In this document: positions 1 through 12,810 of the stretch, piece by piece
Layout of the letters: each line of letters opens with the position of its first letter
Position numbering within the stretch: the first letter of the stretch is position 1
Assembly: GCF_009914755.1 (NCBI RefSeq)
Contig: NC_060925.1
DNA length: 64,000 nucleotides
Reading direction: 5' to 3' (one strand)
From: the human T2T-CHM13v2.0 reference genome, Homo sapiens
Program-made: the position numbers and the translations under genes
The notes under the pieces: generated by a model
The model's input: only the letters and a program-made list of their open reading frames with translations
The model's database searches: none
Told to the model about the DNA's origin: nothing

Positions 1-1512
1 GCAGATAGAGGCCAGGCAGCGGGAGCAGACACCCCTGAGCCTGCAGGCCACCACTGGGCCCTTCGTCCCACCGGCAGAGGGAGAGCTGACCTTCTTCTCT
101 TACATTCTCAGCACCTGTGAGGTGGAAGGGGATGCTTTTATGATCACTTCCTGAAAGAGAGGCTCACAGAACTGAACTGATGTGCTTGTCATCACACAGT
201 GGAGGACTGTCTAACACCAAGTCTCTCATTCCCTTGGTGGCCAGCCCCTCTCAGACCTCAGCAAGTCCCTCTGGGCCTTCATGGGAGAGCAGTGTCCAAG
301 GAATGCGGTGTCACGCTTGCGGCTCTGCCAAGGGCTTCTTCTTCGGGCTCTGCCTCTAGCTGCTTCTGACAGAGGCGGATTCATCATGAAGCAAATGCGG
401 CTGAACCCCCCAGTGGTCTTCATTCTTCTCCAACCCCTTTCAAGACCCAGGGATGGGCTCAGCAATTCTGTTTTAATAATTTTGCATTCTGTCCCTTAAA
501 TCATAAAGAGAGCCCCCAATCTGTAAAGCTTCTGATCCCACACAACCTCTCAGGGCTCCAGGGTCCTGAGGAGGATGGCCAGGTCACTGTGGGCCTGTGG
601 TGGAGCCAGCGGGCACCCAGGGCTTCCTGGTGGGCCAGGTCCCTGGTCATAGACTGAGCCAGCCAGCATCAGCCTCCGATCTCCAGGCCCCTGCGGTGAG
701 GGCCCCAATGCCCCTGATAAGGCTCTGCTCCTAAAGGGCTGTTGGCCTTGAACAAGCTGCTCTCCTGCCTCGGTTTCTACTTCAGGATGGAGACATGAAT
801 GAGAGAAGTGTCCCTGAAACTCCTGATGGCTTTCCATTTCCTGGTTTCCTGTCTTTCCTGAGGCTGAATTCTTCGCCTGCTTTCTCTGAGATCCCTCACT
901 TTCCTGCCAAGAAATTTCCTCTTTAGTCTGTTCAGAGTGAAGTGCAAATCAAAATAAAAAAGTGCAAGTTCAAAGTGCAATCAAAACAAACAAACAAACT
1001 TTGGCTAAGGCAAAACCAAACCAAAACAAAACAACCCAACTATCTCTTTTAGTAGAGTTTTGACGCTGCAGCATGTGTTGAATAGAGCCCATGTGAGTTA
1101 GGCTGCCCAGGGCCTGAGTGACATTGCATACTGTGGGGAGTGTGTGCTTTTGTTCAAGCGGTGGCTCTCAGGAAGCCAGGAGGAGATTTGGACAAAAGTT
1201 GGAAAGGTTGGAAGAATATGTAAGCTTGGACTGACATGGCTGATTGGGTTTGGGCCAGTTTGAGCTGGTTTTATCTGGTTGGATCCAATACAGTACGGAC
1301 TCGGGAGGCCAAGGAAGGTCTTGGCAAGTTTGGACCAGTTTTTGCCATTTGAGCTGACTTGGGCTGGCTTGAGCTGGTTGCTCATCACAGTGGCAAAAAA
1401 GAAGAACCCTTGGGCAGGGGTGTTCAGGGTCAGGAGTGGAGGAAGGGAAGCTATGCTCATTGTTCGTGGCACTTGGTAGAGCTGTGCATCTTTACAAAAG
1501 CAATTTACAGTA

Positions 1513-2540
1513 CAGGCACCCCTCATTTTCTTGCACTTGCTTTGTTGCACCTGCAGATATTTGTTGTGTTTTTGTTTTGTTTTGTTTTGTTTTACAAATT
1601 GAATATTTTGGCAAAAGTTTGTGGCAACCCCTTGTTGAGCAAGTGTACTGACACCTTTTTCCCTAAAGCATGTGCTCACTTTGTGTCTCTGTGTCATGTT
1701 TTGGTAATTTTTACAATATTTCAAACTCACTCTTTTCTTTCTTTCTTTCTGTCTCTCTTTCTTTCTTTTCCTTCCTTCCTTCCTCCTTTCTCCTTTCCTT
1801 TCCTTTCCTTTCCTTTCCTTTCCTTTCCTTTCCTTTCCTTTCCCTTTCGGGTCTAGCTTTGTTACCCAGGCTGCAGTATGGTGATGCAATCTTGGCTTAC
1901 CCCAACCTCTGCCCAGGTTCAACTGATTCTCGTGTCTTTGCCTCCCAAGTAGCTGGGACAACAGGCGCAAGGCACCACGCCCAGGTAATTTTTTTTTTTT
2001 TTGTATTTTTATTAGAGATGGGGTTTCGCCATATTGGCCAGGCTGGTCTCGAACTCCTGACCTCAAGCGATCTGCCCATTTCAGTCTCCCAAAGTGCTGG
2101 GATTACAGGTGTGCGCCACCACACCCAGCCCAAACTTTTTCATTTCTACTGTATCTGTTATGGTGATCTGTGATCACTCATGTTTGATGTTTCTATTGTA
2201 ATTGTTTTGGGGTGCCACAAATTGCACCCATATAAGACAGAGAACTTAAGAAATATTGCATGTGTTCTAACTACTACATCAATCAGTGGTTCCTCTACTC
2301 CTCTCTCCTTCTCCTCAGGCCTCTCAATTCCCTGAGACCCAACAATATTAAAATTAGGCCAATGAATAACCCTAAAATGGTCTCTACATGTTTAAGTGAA
2401 AATGTCACACATCCCTTGCTCTAAATCAAAAGCTAGAAATATTAAACTTAGTGAGGTAAGTGTATTGAAAGCCAAAATAGGCCGAAAGTTAGGCCTCTTA
2501 TACCAAACAGCGTAGTTGTGACTGCAAAGGAAAAGTTATC
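1513..2540 (+). mobile_element. Tigger1 DNA transposon 5' fragment, interrupted by an Alu
   Basis: Starts after a TA with CAGGCACCCCTC (TIR-like). Continues with Tigger1-type sequence (gcatgtgctcactttgtgtctctgtgtca..., ttgaaagccaaaataggccgaaagttaggcc) on both sides of the Alu at 1730-2131. Confidence 0.85.
1730..1847. repeat. Polypyrimidine (CTTT)n/(CCTTT)n microsatellite, expanded tail of a minus-strand Alu
   Basis: Nearly pure C/T tract directly abutting the Alu 3' end. Confidence 0.9.
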
Positions 2541-3132
2541 CTCAGCCTTTCATGTGTATTGGCTTATTCAGTCCTCATAACAACACTACCAAGTAGCATG
2601 TGTTAGCCTCACCATTTGGCAGAGGAAAATGGAAGCACAGAAAGGTCAAGTACTTGCCCAGATCAGCAGCAGAACAGGCTCAAAGGTTGGCAGTCTGGTT
2701 GCAGAGTCCATGAACTTCACTACCACACTCCACAGCAGTTGTGAGACCATGGGCAAGCCATCTAAACTTTTGAACTTTAATATCTTCATCCATAAAATGG
2801 GGACGATAATACCCTGCCCCATTGCCCAGTGAGTGTGTACACCCTTAACTCGGTGCATAGGCTTGGGTTGGCTTGATCCGGTCTCATTCATTTCTCCCCA
2901 CCTGACCCTACACTTGAGTCAGAGTATCTCATGTTGGCTGAGCTTGAAGTATGCAGGAGCACACCCCAGAAAGGCCAGGGCACAAGCCCTGCTTGGGGTG
3001 GAGCAGGGAGGGCCTGCTCTGCCCCACTGGGGTGTTCTTAGGTGGAAGTGGGTGTGGGATGGTCCCTCTGGGAGAACTCTCTCCCTCCAGCCTCCCTGCA
3101 GAGTCACCCAGGGAACTGAATCACAGCACAAG

Positions 3133-3552
3133 TGAAATGGGAAAAGTTCCCTTATCCCCCTCGCAGGGCCTGCAATGGGGGTGTGGCTCGCTTCTTTGGT
3201 ACCCTGCTGCTCAAACCTCTAGGGGGAGCATGCAGATGGGCAGGTTGTGGGGCTTCAACCCCACGGCAGTGTCTAGGGGTGAATGCTTACAGTTCCTGAA
3301 GCCCCAATGGGTGTGTGTTAAAGAGCGCTCTTTTAGTTTTGCTATCTGTAGGCAGCTTGTGTTAATCAGCTCGATTAGATCCTCTGCCTTATCACAAGGA
3401 CAGAGGGCTTTCTGTATCCCAGGGTTTTTGCCTTGGTGTACTGGAAGAATCAGATCACACGTGGGCTTAGGGACCGAGTGCAAGTTTTTATTGAGTGGAA
3501 GTAGCTCTCAGCAGATGGGGGAGCCAGAAGGGAGATGGAGTGGGAAGGTGAA
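3133..3552 (-). mobile_element. Truncated ERV1 LTR (MER52/LTR27/LTR28-like)
   Basis: Begins TGAAATGGGAAAAGTTCCCTTATCCCCCTCGCAGGG..., a recalled ERV1 LTR terminus; TTTTATT (minus-strand polyA signal) near 3486-3492; breaks off abruptly at ~3552. Confidence 0.7.
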
Positions 3553-4188
3553 CTATCAAGATAAAATCAGTCTACTACTCCATAACAGAGGTAAGGAAGA
3601 GTATGCATGGAATACAGGACATCCTTTAGAGCATCTCTTAGTATTACCATGCCCTTTGATTAAGGTCAATGGGAAACTACAATAGCGCAATCCAGGCAGG
3701 ACTACAAATAGCCCAGACCCCTCAGGAATGAAGGTTTGGGTCACTCCACCAGGAAAAAAACCACAACCTGCTGAGGTGCTTGCTGAAGGCAAAGGGAATA
3801 CAGAATGGGTAGTAGAAGATGGTAATCATCAATACCACCTATGACCATGTGACCAGCTGCAGAAATGCGGACTGTAACTATCATGAGTATTTCCTCCTTC
3901 TTTGGCTAAAAACATGTTTGTGCATGTATACACTTGTACGAAGAAAATATATCCATTTTATTTCCTTTTCCTTTATCATGTGACATAAGATTTACTGACT
4001 TCATATCAACATTTAAGTATTATTAACTTTATGTAATAATATTTGGGTTGGGGATTGGTGGGTTTCCAGTTGTACCAAGGATAGTTGTATTATTTTAGGC
4101 ATAATTATGACCTTATTATTGTCTTTATTTGAAGATTATGTATGATCTCAGGAGATGTGTATGGGTTCAGCTTGACAAGGGGTGGACT
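3553..4188 (+). mobile_element. HERV-L internal 3' remnant (dUTPase/integrase C-terminus, PPT)
   Basis: YQDKISLLLHNRGKEEYAWNTGHPLEHLLVLPCPLIKVNGKLQ*..PSGMKVWVTPPGKKPQPAEVLAEGKGNTEWVVE matches the ERV-L pol end, with an in-frame stop at 3683-3685; PPT-like ACAAGGGGTGGAC just before the LTR. Confidence 0.9.
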
Positions 4189-4622
4189 TACCATGGTTAA
4201 TACTGAGTGTCAACTTGATTGGATTAAAGATGCAAAGTATTGATCCTGGGTGTGTCTGTGAGGGTGTTGCCAAAGAAGATTAACATTTGGGTCAGCGGGC
4301 TGGAGAAGGCAGACCCACCCTTAATCTGGTGGGCACCATCTAATCAGCTGCCAGCGAATATACAGCAGGAAGAAAAAGGTGAAAAGGCAAGACTGGCCTA
4401 GCCTCCCAGCCTACATCTTTCTCCCATGCTGGATGCTTCCTGCCCTTGAACATCAGACTCCAAGTTCTTCAGTTTTGAGACTTGGACTGGCTCTCCTTGC
4501 TCCTCAAGCTTGCAGACAGCCTATTGTGGGACCTTGTGATCATGTAAGTTAATACTTAATAAACTCCCTTATATATATATATATATCCTATTAGTTCTGT
4601 CCATCTAGAGAACCCTAACACA
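4189..4622 (+). mobile_element. MLT2A-type LTR (3' LTR of HERV-L)
   Basis: ATGGTTAATACTGAGTGTCAACTTGATTGGATT... start, AATAAA at 4558-4563, (TA)n, and CCTATTAGTTCTGTC...AACCCTAACACA end, all typical of MLT2A. Confidence 0.9.
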
Positions 4623-5887
4623 AGTGTTTTCTTCATTTTCCTTCATATTTATGAAGTGTGCTTTCTTGCCATCCTTTCCAGACTCATCACCTTATGTTAT
4701 TAGTTGACTTTTTAAAAATCATTATTATTATTTGAGATGGAGTCTCGCTCTGTCACCCAGACTGGAGTGCAGTGGTGTGATCTTGGCTCACTGCAACCTC
4801 CATCTCCCCAGTTCAGCCGATTCTCGCGCCTTAGCCTCCTGAGTAGCTGGGACTGCAGGTGTGGGCCACCACGCCTGGCTAATTTTTGTGTTTTTAATAG
4901 AGATAGGGTTTCACCGTGTTGGCCAGGCTGGTCTCAAACTCCTGACTTCAAGTGATCTGGCTGCCTTAGCCTCCCAAATCGCTGGGATTACAGGCATGAG
5001 CCACTGTGCCCAGCCTCTAACTCTCTTTTAACATAAATTAATTCCTCTTCCTATATTTGTTCTCAGTGCTATTGACTTCCTGAAGAAACTGTGTCAATTC
5101 TCATGTAGAGTTTTTACACTAGGGATACAGTCACTTGCTTCTTTATACTTCATGGGATACCTTGTAAGTCTCCAGTGCATCACACCTGGAGGCATATGAT
5201 GTCTGCTGGTCTTGCTTTTAATGATGCTAAGATCTATCTTTAGGTTCAGGCAATGGCAACCTTACCCTTCACTGAGAAGTTCTCCATCAACCTTTCACTG
5301 AGTGATTTTGGCATCCATTGAAAACCATTGCTTGAATCAGTTATATTCTTAGGGGCTTAAAAAATGATAATTTTCTGATTCTAATTTTTTCTTCATGTAG
5401 TAGCTGAAATTCTTCTGCATAGAAGAGCTTTCCTTCATTCATTTTGGCTATTTAATTACCAGAAAATGCAGTTAGGCATAAAAAATGCTTAATTCTTTTC
5501 CTTTAATTAACAATCTTTAGAGTAATAAGTTGGTGCCCCAACTTCCCCAACAGTGCCCAGTAACTTTTATTTTCTTTCTGTATCTTCTTTTCTTCTCCTG
5601 CTCTTTTTCATCTGCTGGCTAGAAGTAGGGTACTTCAATACCCTAGGAGATGGCAAGACCTCATGAAGGAAGTTGCCTGGGTCCCTGAATGACTACATGG
5701 AGCTAATTCCTTCCTGTGACTTGGGGAAGAATGGGACTGTGATGGGAACAAGAAATGAGCTTTCTTAGTCACAACCCACTGAGATTGTGATGGTTTGTTA
5801 CAGCATTGACCCTATCCTGACCAAACAGCTATTACATTTTTATTCTTTTTTATTTTTTTTTTAAATTCTTTTTGAGACAGAGTTTAG

Positions 5888-6214
<327 letters not shown>

Positions 6215-7152
6215 TAGTGTTCTTGTTTTATGCATATCTCTTCTGTTTCTGATGATGTTTAACTCTTAATGACACATTCTTCTGTTCTGTGCATTTTTTT
6301 CTGCCTCTCCTGACTTCCTTTTTATTGTTTGTGGGTTTTGCTCTCAATTTCAACTAAAACTAGTTTAACATTTATTTGGAGGAGGAACAACATTATGTGG
6401 AGGAAGGTTTAGAAAAAGGAAGGTTTCTTTTGACAGTCCTTGGCTTCTCTTTCCTGTCCTAAACAATTCAGCTGTGGTCCACATTTGCTCACCCTAATTA
6501 CTAGCAAAGCAAGAGCCTAATATTTACCCAGACAGAATCTTCTAGGAAGGCAATCAACTCCCAGCCATTATGATTGAGGCATGCCTCTTAGAGAACTCAC
6601 TGACATTCCAAGCAGCTTATCAAACAATCCTTCCAACACTTCATTTTCTCAGGTTTTAGCACCTCTTACGAATGAGTGTCTGAGCAGCCAAAAAATAAAT
6701 AATGAATCATCCAGGCAAAGGGGAAGAAAAATGGACTTGGCCAGAGATGGGGAAGAACGTACGCAAAAAGGTGAGATGAGAGGGAGCCTAGGTAATATGA
6801 CTTATTACAAGCAGAGCAGCTCTGCGGAGGGGTGGATAATGAGGAGGGCTACAATGCAAGATGAGGCAGAAAGAAAGGTCTGGGCCAGACTAAGCGGGGG
6901 CTCCTAAGCCCTGTTCTTGACGTTCTCATGAAATACTTCAGGAGAGAGAACACACCCTACTGGGGAACTGGGGAGAAGTTCCATTTGAACCAGACCTGGA
7001 AGGAAGACTGGGACTTGTTAAAACAGATAACAGGCTGGGCGCAGTGGCTCACGCCTGTAATCTCAGCACTTTGGGAGGCCAGGGCTGGCAGATCACGAGG
7101 TCAGGAGATCGAGACCATCCTGGCTAACATGGTGAAACCCCGTCTCTACTCA

Positions 7153-7410
<258 letters not shown>

Positions 7411-10400
7411 TCACTCTCCCAGGCTGGAGTGCAATAGCATGGTCTTGGCTCGCTGCAACCTCCGTCTCCTGGGCACAAGCGATTCTCCTGCCTCAGCCTC
7501 CTGAGTAGCTGGGATTACAAGTGCGTGCCAACACACCCAGCTAATTTTTGTATTTTTGTACGGACGGGGTTTCACCATGTTGGCCAGGCTGGTCTTGAAT
7601 TCCTGACCTCAGGTGATCAGCCCACCTCATCCTCCAAAAGTGCTGGGATTACAGGCATGAGTCACTGTGCCCGGCCCATTGAAAGATTTTCAAAAGGGAT
7701 TAACCATGATCACATCTGTTCTTAGATGAGGTCGTTCAGATTGGAAGTTGGATTGGAGGGCAGACCAAAGGAGAAGCTGCTGAAGTAGATGTTAAAGATG
7801 GAGAGAAGTGGACGGCAGAGACATAGAGGAGGAAAAGTCAGCAAGACCCGAGATGTGTATGGAGAGTTAGAGTGTGGGAAGTGTGACATGTAACTGAATC
7901 GGATGATGGCAACTTTCACTGGGCAGTGAAAGGTCAGGTTGGTGGTAAAAGTCATGAGTTGACTTTGGGGCATCTTGATATAGTCACTTCCAATATCATG
8001 TGTTTCAACAAGCCCGTGTTCCTTCCTGGTCAGTTCCCCCAGCTAGAGTGTGTTTTACATCCCGCAGCATTGTATGAGAACTGCTAGAATATCACTCACC
8101 ACTTCCCATAGAGATTCTGTTTGTTCATCTGCTTGTCCCACTGTGTGCCTTACACATAGTAGGTGCTCTTGGAATGTGTGTGAGATGGATTAACATGAGA
8201 AGTGCTTCTCTGCATGATTTCACCATTAAAGTGTTGAAAGCAACTAGCGCTCCTCCTTCCTGACCTCCAGGCTTCCACCCAGCTGTGGGGACTGCTGTGG
8301 TGGAAGGGCCTAGTCTGAATCTGGACAGGGGAGGTGCCTGCAAATATTTTCGTGCCTGCAAATATTTTTGTGCCTCGGGACAGATGGATGTCCAGTTTAC
8401 TGTCTGCTTCCTCAGTGGTTCTAGAGGTAATTGCATCCTGCTGTGTACAGTTAGGTCGTGGAGGAGACAGGCACCTTCTCTAGTCTTTCTGGAAGGTAAC
8501 CAGAGGTCTTTCCCCTTTCCTATCATGGCAGCTGCTCAGTCGCAGGCTCCAGATGTCTGCTTCAGAATTCAAGAACACCTTCCTGAGCTGGGAAACAGAT
8601 CCAAGGAAATATCAGCCAGAGGCTTCATTTTATCATCTGTGGAAATGCAAGATGTTAGAGCACCTAGGAGGGTCTTAACGTGCAAAACACTGTCTTGAGG
8701 CTGCCTGCAGAACAGAGGGTCATCTGCTTTCATTAGATTCTCAAGGGAGCCTCAACAGGCTACACCTGAACCCCAGGTTTGGGGCATCTCTCCAGCCCTC
8801 CCAGCTCTGACATCATCATCACCATTAACAGCTGAAATGTGTGAGGTGGTTGGGATGTACCAACAACCCTCCCAAGAGTCCCATATCTACCTGACCTCAT
8901 TTGACCTTCACAGCAACCCAGTGACTCAGCTGCTATTTGGCCCACGTTTTACAAACCTGAGTCAGTGTGCTTTACCTCAGTGACCCAAGAACCCAGGTGC
9001 TAGAGTCAGGCCTGCATCCAAATCAGGGGTGGGATCAGTGGTGTGCCCTGAACAAATCATTATCCTCTTTTTTGTTTTATTTTTTGGAGACAGAGTCTCA
9101 CTCTGTCACCCAGGCTGGAGTGCAGTGGTACAGTCTCAGCTCACAGCAACCACTCTCTCCTGGGTTCAAGTGATTCTCCTGTCTCAGCCTCCCAAGTAGC
9201 TGGGGACTACAGGTGCGTGCCACCACGCTCAGCTAATTTTTATGTTTTAGTAGAGACAGGGTTTCACCATGTTGCCTAGGCTGGTCTCGAACTCCTGAGC
9301 TCAGGTGATCCGCCTGCCCCGGCCTCCCAAAGCACTAGGATTACAGGCGTGAGCACCCCACCCAGCTCATTACCCTCTTTTAACTTCAATTTTCTCATCC
9401 ACAAAATGAGGGCAATAATCTCCTTTCTTCCCCACTAGCCATGTTCATGAAAGTACTTATTTGCCCATTTTAAAATATGTAGCAATGTGCCCCAGAAAGG
9501 CTGGGGCATGAGTCCTGCTTGGGGTGGAGCAGGGAAGGCCTGCTCTGCCCCACTGGGGTGTCCTCAGATGAAAGTGGGTGTGGGCTGACTTTCTCTGAGC
9601 TCCCTGTGGAGTCACACGGGGAACTGGGTTGAGTCACAGCACAAGGGCACTCACATGCCCCACCCCGAGGAGGTCCCTGTTCTGACAGAAGCCCTGAGCC
9701 GTGACTGTGGACTGACACCCACTGCCTCTGTGACCTTGGGTGGGTTACATAACCTCCCACATGAGAAGGAGGCGGAGGCACCCGGGCTTGTGGCCTGAGC
9801 TAACCTGGGTAGTGGGAGCCCTATCTGTGAATTGCCAAGGGACTGCCATGGGGACTGGTGAGAACACAGCTCTGCAAGGCCCTTTTGATTTGTTTTAACC
9901 TTTAACTTTTCAAAAATTTCAAATTTAAAGGATGCATGACACAGTTGAAGTTTATCACAAATGGACTCACAAGTGTGTCTCCTCAGCTCCCAACTCCCGG
10001 ACTCCTGACCTCCAAGGCCAATACTTCGAATTCTGTTAGGCATTTCTTCTAGCATTTATCTCAATAGTTCCAAATAACAAGCTCGTGATGCGATTTCACA
10101 ACCCTTGCTTCAAATGTCATGTATTGACTTTCCATATGAGGGATGGTCCTTGTTTCTGTTATATCTCCCTGCTTCCTCTTTTCAGTTCTCTGAATATATG
10201 TTTTAAAAATTTAGGCTGGACGCGGTGGCTCACGCCTGTAATCCTAGCCCTTTGGGAGGCCGGGGCAGGCAGATCACCTGAGATCAGGAGTTTGAGAGCA
10301 GCCTGGCCAACATGGTGGAACCCCTTCCCTACAAAAATACAAAAATTAGCCGGGCATGGTGGCATACGCCTGTAGTCACAGCTACTCTTCAGGCTGAGGC

Positions 10401-10624
10401 AGGAGAATTGCTTGAACCGGGAGGTGGAGGTTGCAGTGAGCCAATATTGCGCCATTGCACTCTAGCCTGGGTGATAGAGCCAGACTCTGTCTCAACAAAA
10501 CCCAAGGGCGGAGGTTGCAGTGAGCCAAAATCATGCCACTGCACTCCAGCCTGGGCGACAGTGTGAGACCCTGTCTTAAAACAGAGCAAACAAACAAACA
10601 AAAAAAAAAAAAAAAGAGAGAAAG

Positions 10625-11424
10625 AAAATGGGAGAAGGGGGCTGTTCCATGAAAGGGCCTTATATCCAAAATGACCCCCAAATGCCAAAGGAGCTGGAAA
10701 CCAGAAAAGGAGGGAAACAAATTCAGTTTGGTCTAGAGTGTTTTACTGGGGGAGAACTTACAGGCAGAAGCGTAGTCTTGGGATTTTAGCTGCAAGGCAG
10801 AAGATAGATCTCCACACTGCTACTCCCCAGACCCGGGGCTTCTGTACCATAGGGAAAGGGCGTGTGTGTCCAGCAAGACAATAAGAGGCAGCCTCCAGAA
10901 CAGGCAAGAATGTTACATGCATCATGGCCTATGATTTGTGTGATGACATTCAGATTGTCATCTTCTTACACTAAGGATAGTAAATAAAGTAAGAATCAGA
11001 AGGCATTTGCAGGACTGGGGCTAATTAGAATACAACATGGCACATTCATATCCAAGATGGAGTCACTTCCTGTCTCCACAGGGGCATTGAAGGAAAGGTG
11101 ACACTTACAATTCTGATTGGTGCTTAGTGACATTATGCATAAATAAAGAAATATGCAGTTAACATATATAGGGTAAAAAGTTGTGGAATACGTAGGGGTC
11201 TTAAGGTCTGGAGAGGGGTGATTGATTCTACCCTGCATTTGTGCTTCATCTGATAGGCAAGGTTACAATCAGTCATGCCAGTGAAATATTTGACAGACTC
11301 CACCCTAGCAGGCGAGACTTCAGCTTTAGTTCATAGGCCTTATATTAGTACCTGTTTGTCCAGCCTGCAGCCATCTTGGGCTGTGTTTTAAAACTTTTTC
11401 TTTCAGATTTTCTTTTTTCTAAAA
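10625..11424 (-). mobile_element. 3' LTR of the provirus (truncated; split by a solo LTR)
   Basis: AGAAAATGGGAGAAG at ~10623-10637 and 11086-11424 match the 5' LTR; adjacent minus-strand PPT CCAAAAGGGAAAGAT at 11425-11439. Confidence 0.85.
10643..11080 (-). mobile_element. Solo ERV1 LTR (MER66-like) nested in the provirus 3' LTR
   Basis: TG...CA termini; minus-strand start TGTGGAGACAGGAAGTGACTCCATCTTGGAT; GGGGC duplicated at 10638-10642 and 11081-11085. Confidence 0.8.
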
Positions 11425-12040
11425 ATCTTTCCCTTTTGGTTAAATTCTCCAAAAGAGGACTTTGAAAACCAAATAATATATCTGATGGATTTGAAGAGGA
11501 CAGGTCCCCTTTGCTTGGAATTATAGGGCATAGGGGAATCAAATTGGAATTTTTAAGTGCCCTTGTTCTATTTTTCACTCCTACATGAAGTTCTGTCATT
11601 TGGTTTGTCAGTGAGGATGCAAAAATTCCTCTATTTCCTTTCAGAATGCGAGAGGCTCTCCTGTCATGCCAATATCTCCTCACGTTATGGAGAAAAGAGG
11701 TGATCATTGCAATTAGAATTATTTTCTTAGGCTGTTCCTCAGATGCGATGATGTGTTGCATGGTCAACCATATTGCTGAAGAGCCTTGAGGAGTTGGGAG
11801 GAAGAATAGGCCATTTGATGTGTTTTATAAACCTTGGGACTTTAGGATTAAAAAAATTTAAAACAAGGCCGGGCGCGGTGGCTCACGCCTGTAATCCCAG
11901 CACTTTGGGAGGCAGAGGCGGGCAGATCACGAGGTCAGGAGTTTGAGACCAGCCTGGCCAACATGGAGAAATCCTGTCGCTCCTAAAAATACAAAAATTA
12001 GCTGGCCGTGGTGGTGGGCGTCTGTAATCCCAGTTACTCA

Positions 12041-12145
<105 letters not shown>

Positions 12146-12810
12146 TCAAAAAAAAAAAAAGAAAAAATTTAAAATAGAAAGCCCTTCCTCAGTTGATCAG
12201 AAATAGGGAAATAATGTGTTGGACAAATAGTCATCAGAAGACTACTCTTACATACATGCTACAGCTGTTAGTTCAGATCAATGAACTCACTTAATTTGGG
12301 CTGGAGTTCTATTCTTTCAGTGACATTTGCAATTTTTGCAGCATTTATAATATTTGTAACGTAGACATACTAGAAAAATAATTAATAATAGTGTGAACAA
12401 CTGAGAGGTCCTTTCAGGTAAAGACAATGAAGAAAGGAAACAATCTATCATAGAAAAAAACCTTGAACTTGTATTTTGATAGTCTTATGACTAATCTAAT
12501 AATTTTCCTCCCCCCTTTGTTTGTTTGTATTTGTACCTTACGATTTTTTTAGTGTATTTCACTTAGAACTGTAACTAATTGATGATTTATCTAATTGCTC
12601 TTCTAGCCATTCATTTTTTTGCTGGAAATACAACTTGAGGTGAACTGAGTTTCAATTTTCAAAATTTGTTATTATCAATGTCATAATAATGTCACATATC
12701 ATAATCTTCAGTGTTATACTTGTCCTAAAAGTAACTTCTCTATGAACTCCATATTGCACCAAATGGCAGTATAATTTAAATCAAATATTGTCTGGTTGCA
12801 AACTTAATTG

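Noticed and set aside
226-980. Short ORFs and AATAAA (~953-958) as the 3' end of an upstream gene
   Set aside because: No recognisable protein similarity or clear acceptor; a lone AATAAA in A-rich sequence is insufficient.
1098-2066. 322-aa minus-strand ORF
   Set aside because: Chance read-through of an Alu, a (GGAAA)n tail and antisense Tigger1.
2951-3685. 244-aa ORF ending in a dUTPase-like peptide
   Set aside because: Spans unique DNA, an antisense LTR and a truncated HERV-L fragment across a deletion junction; most dUTPase motifs are absent.
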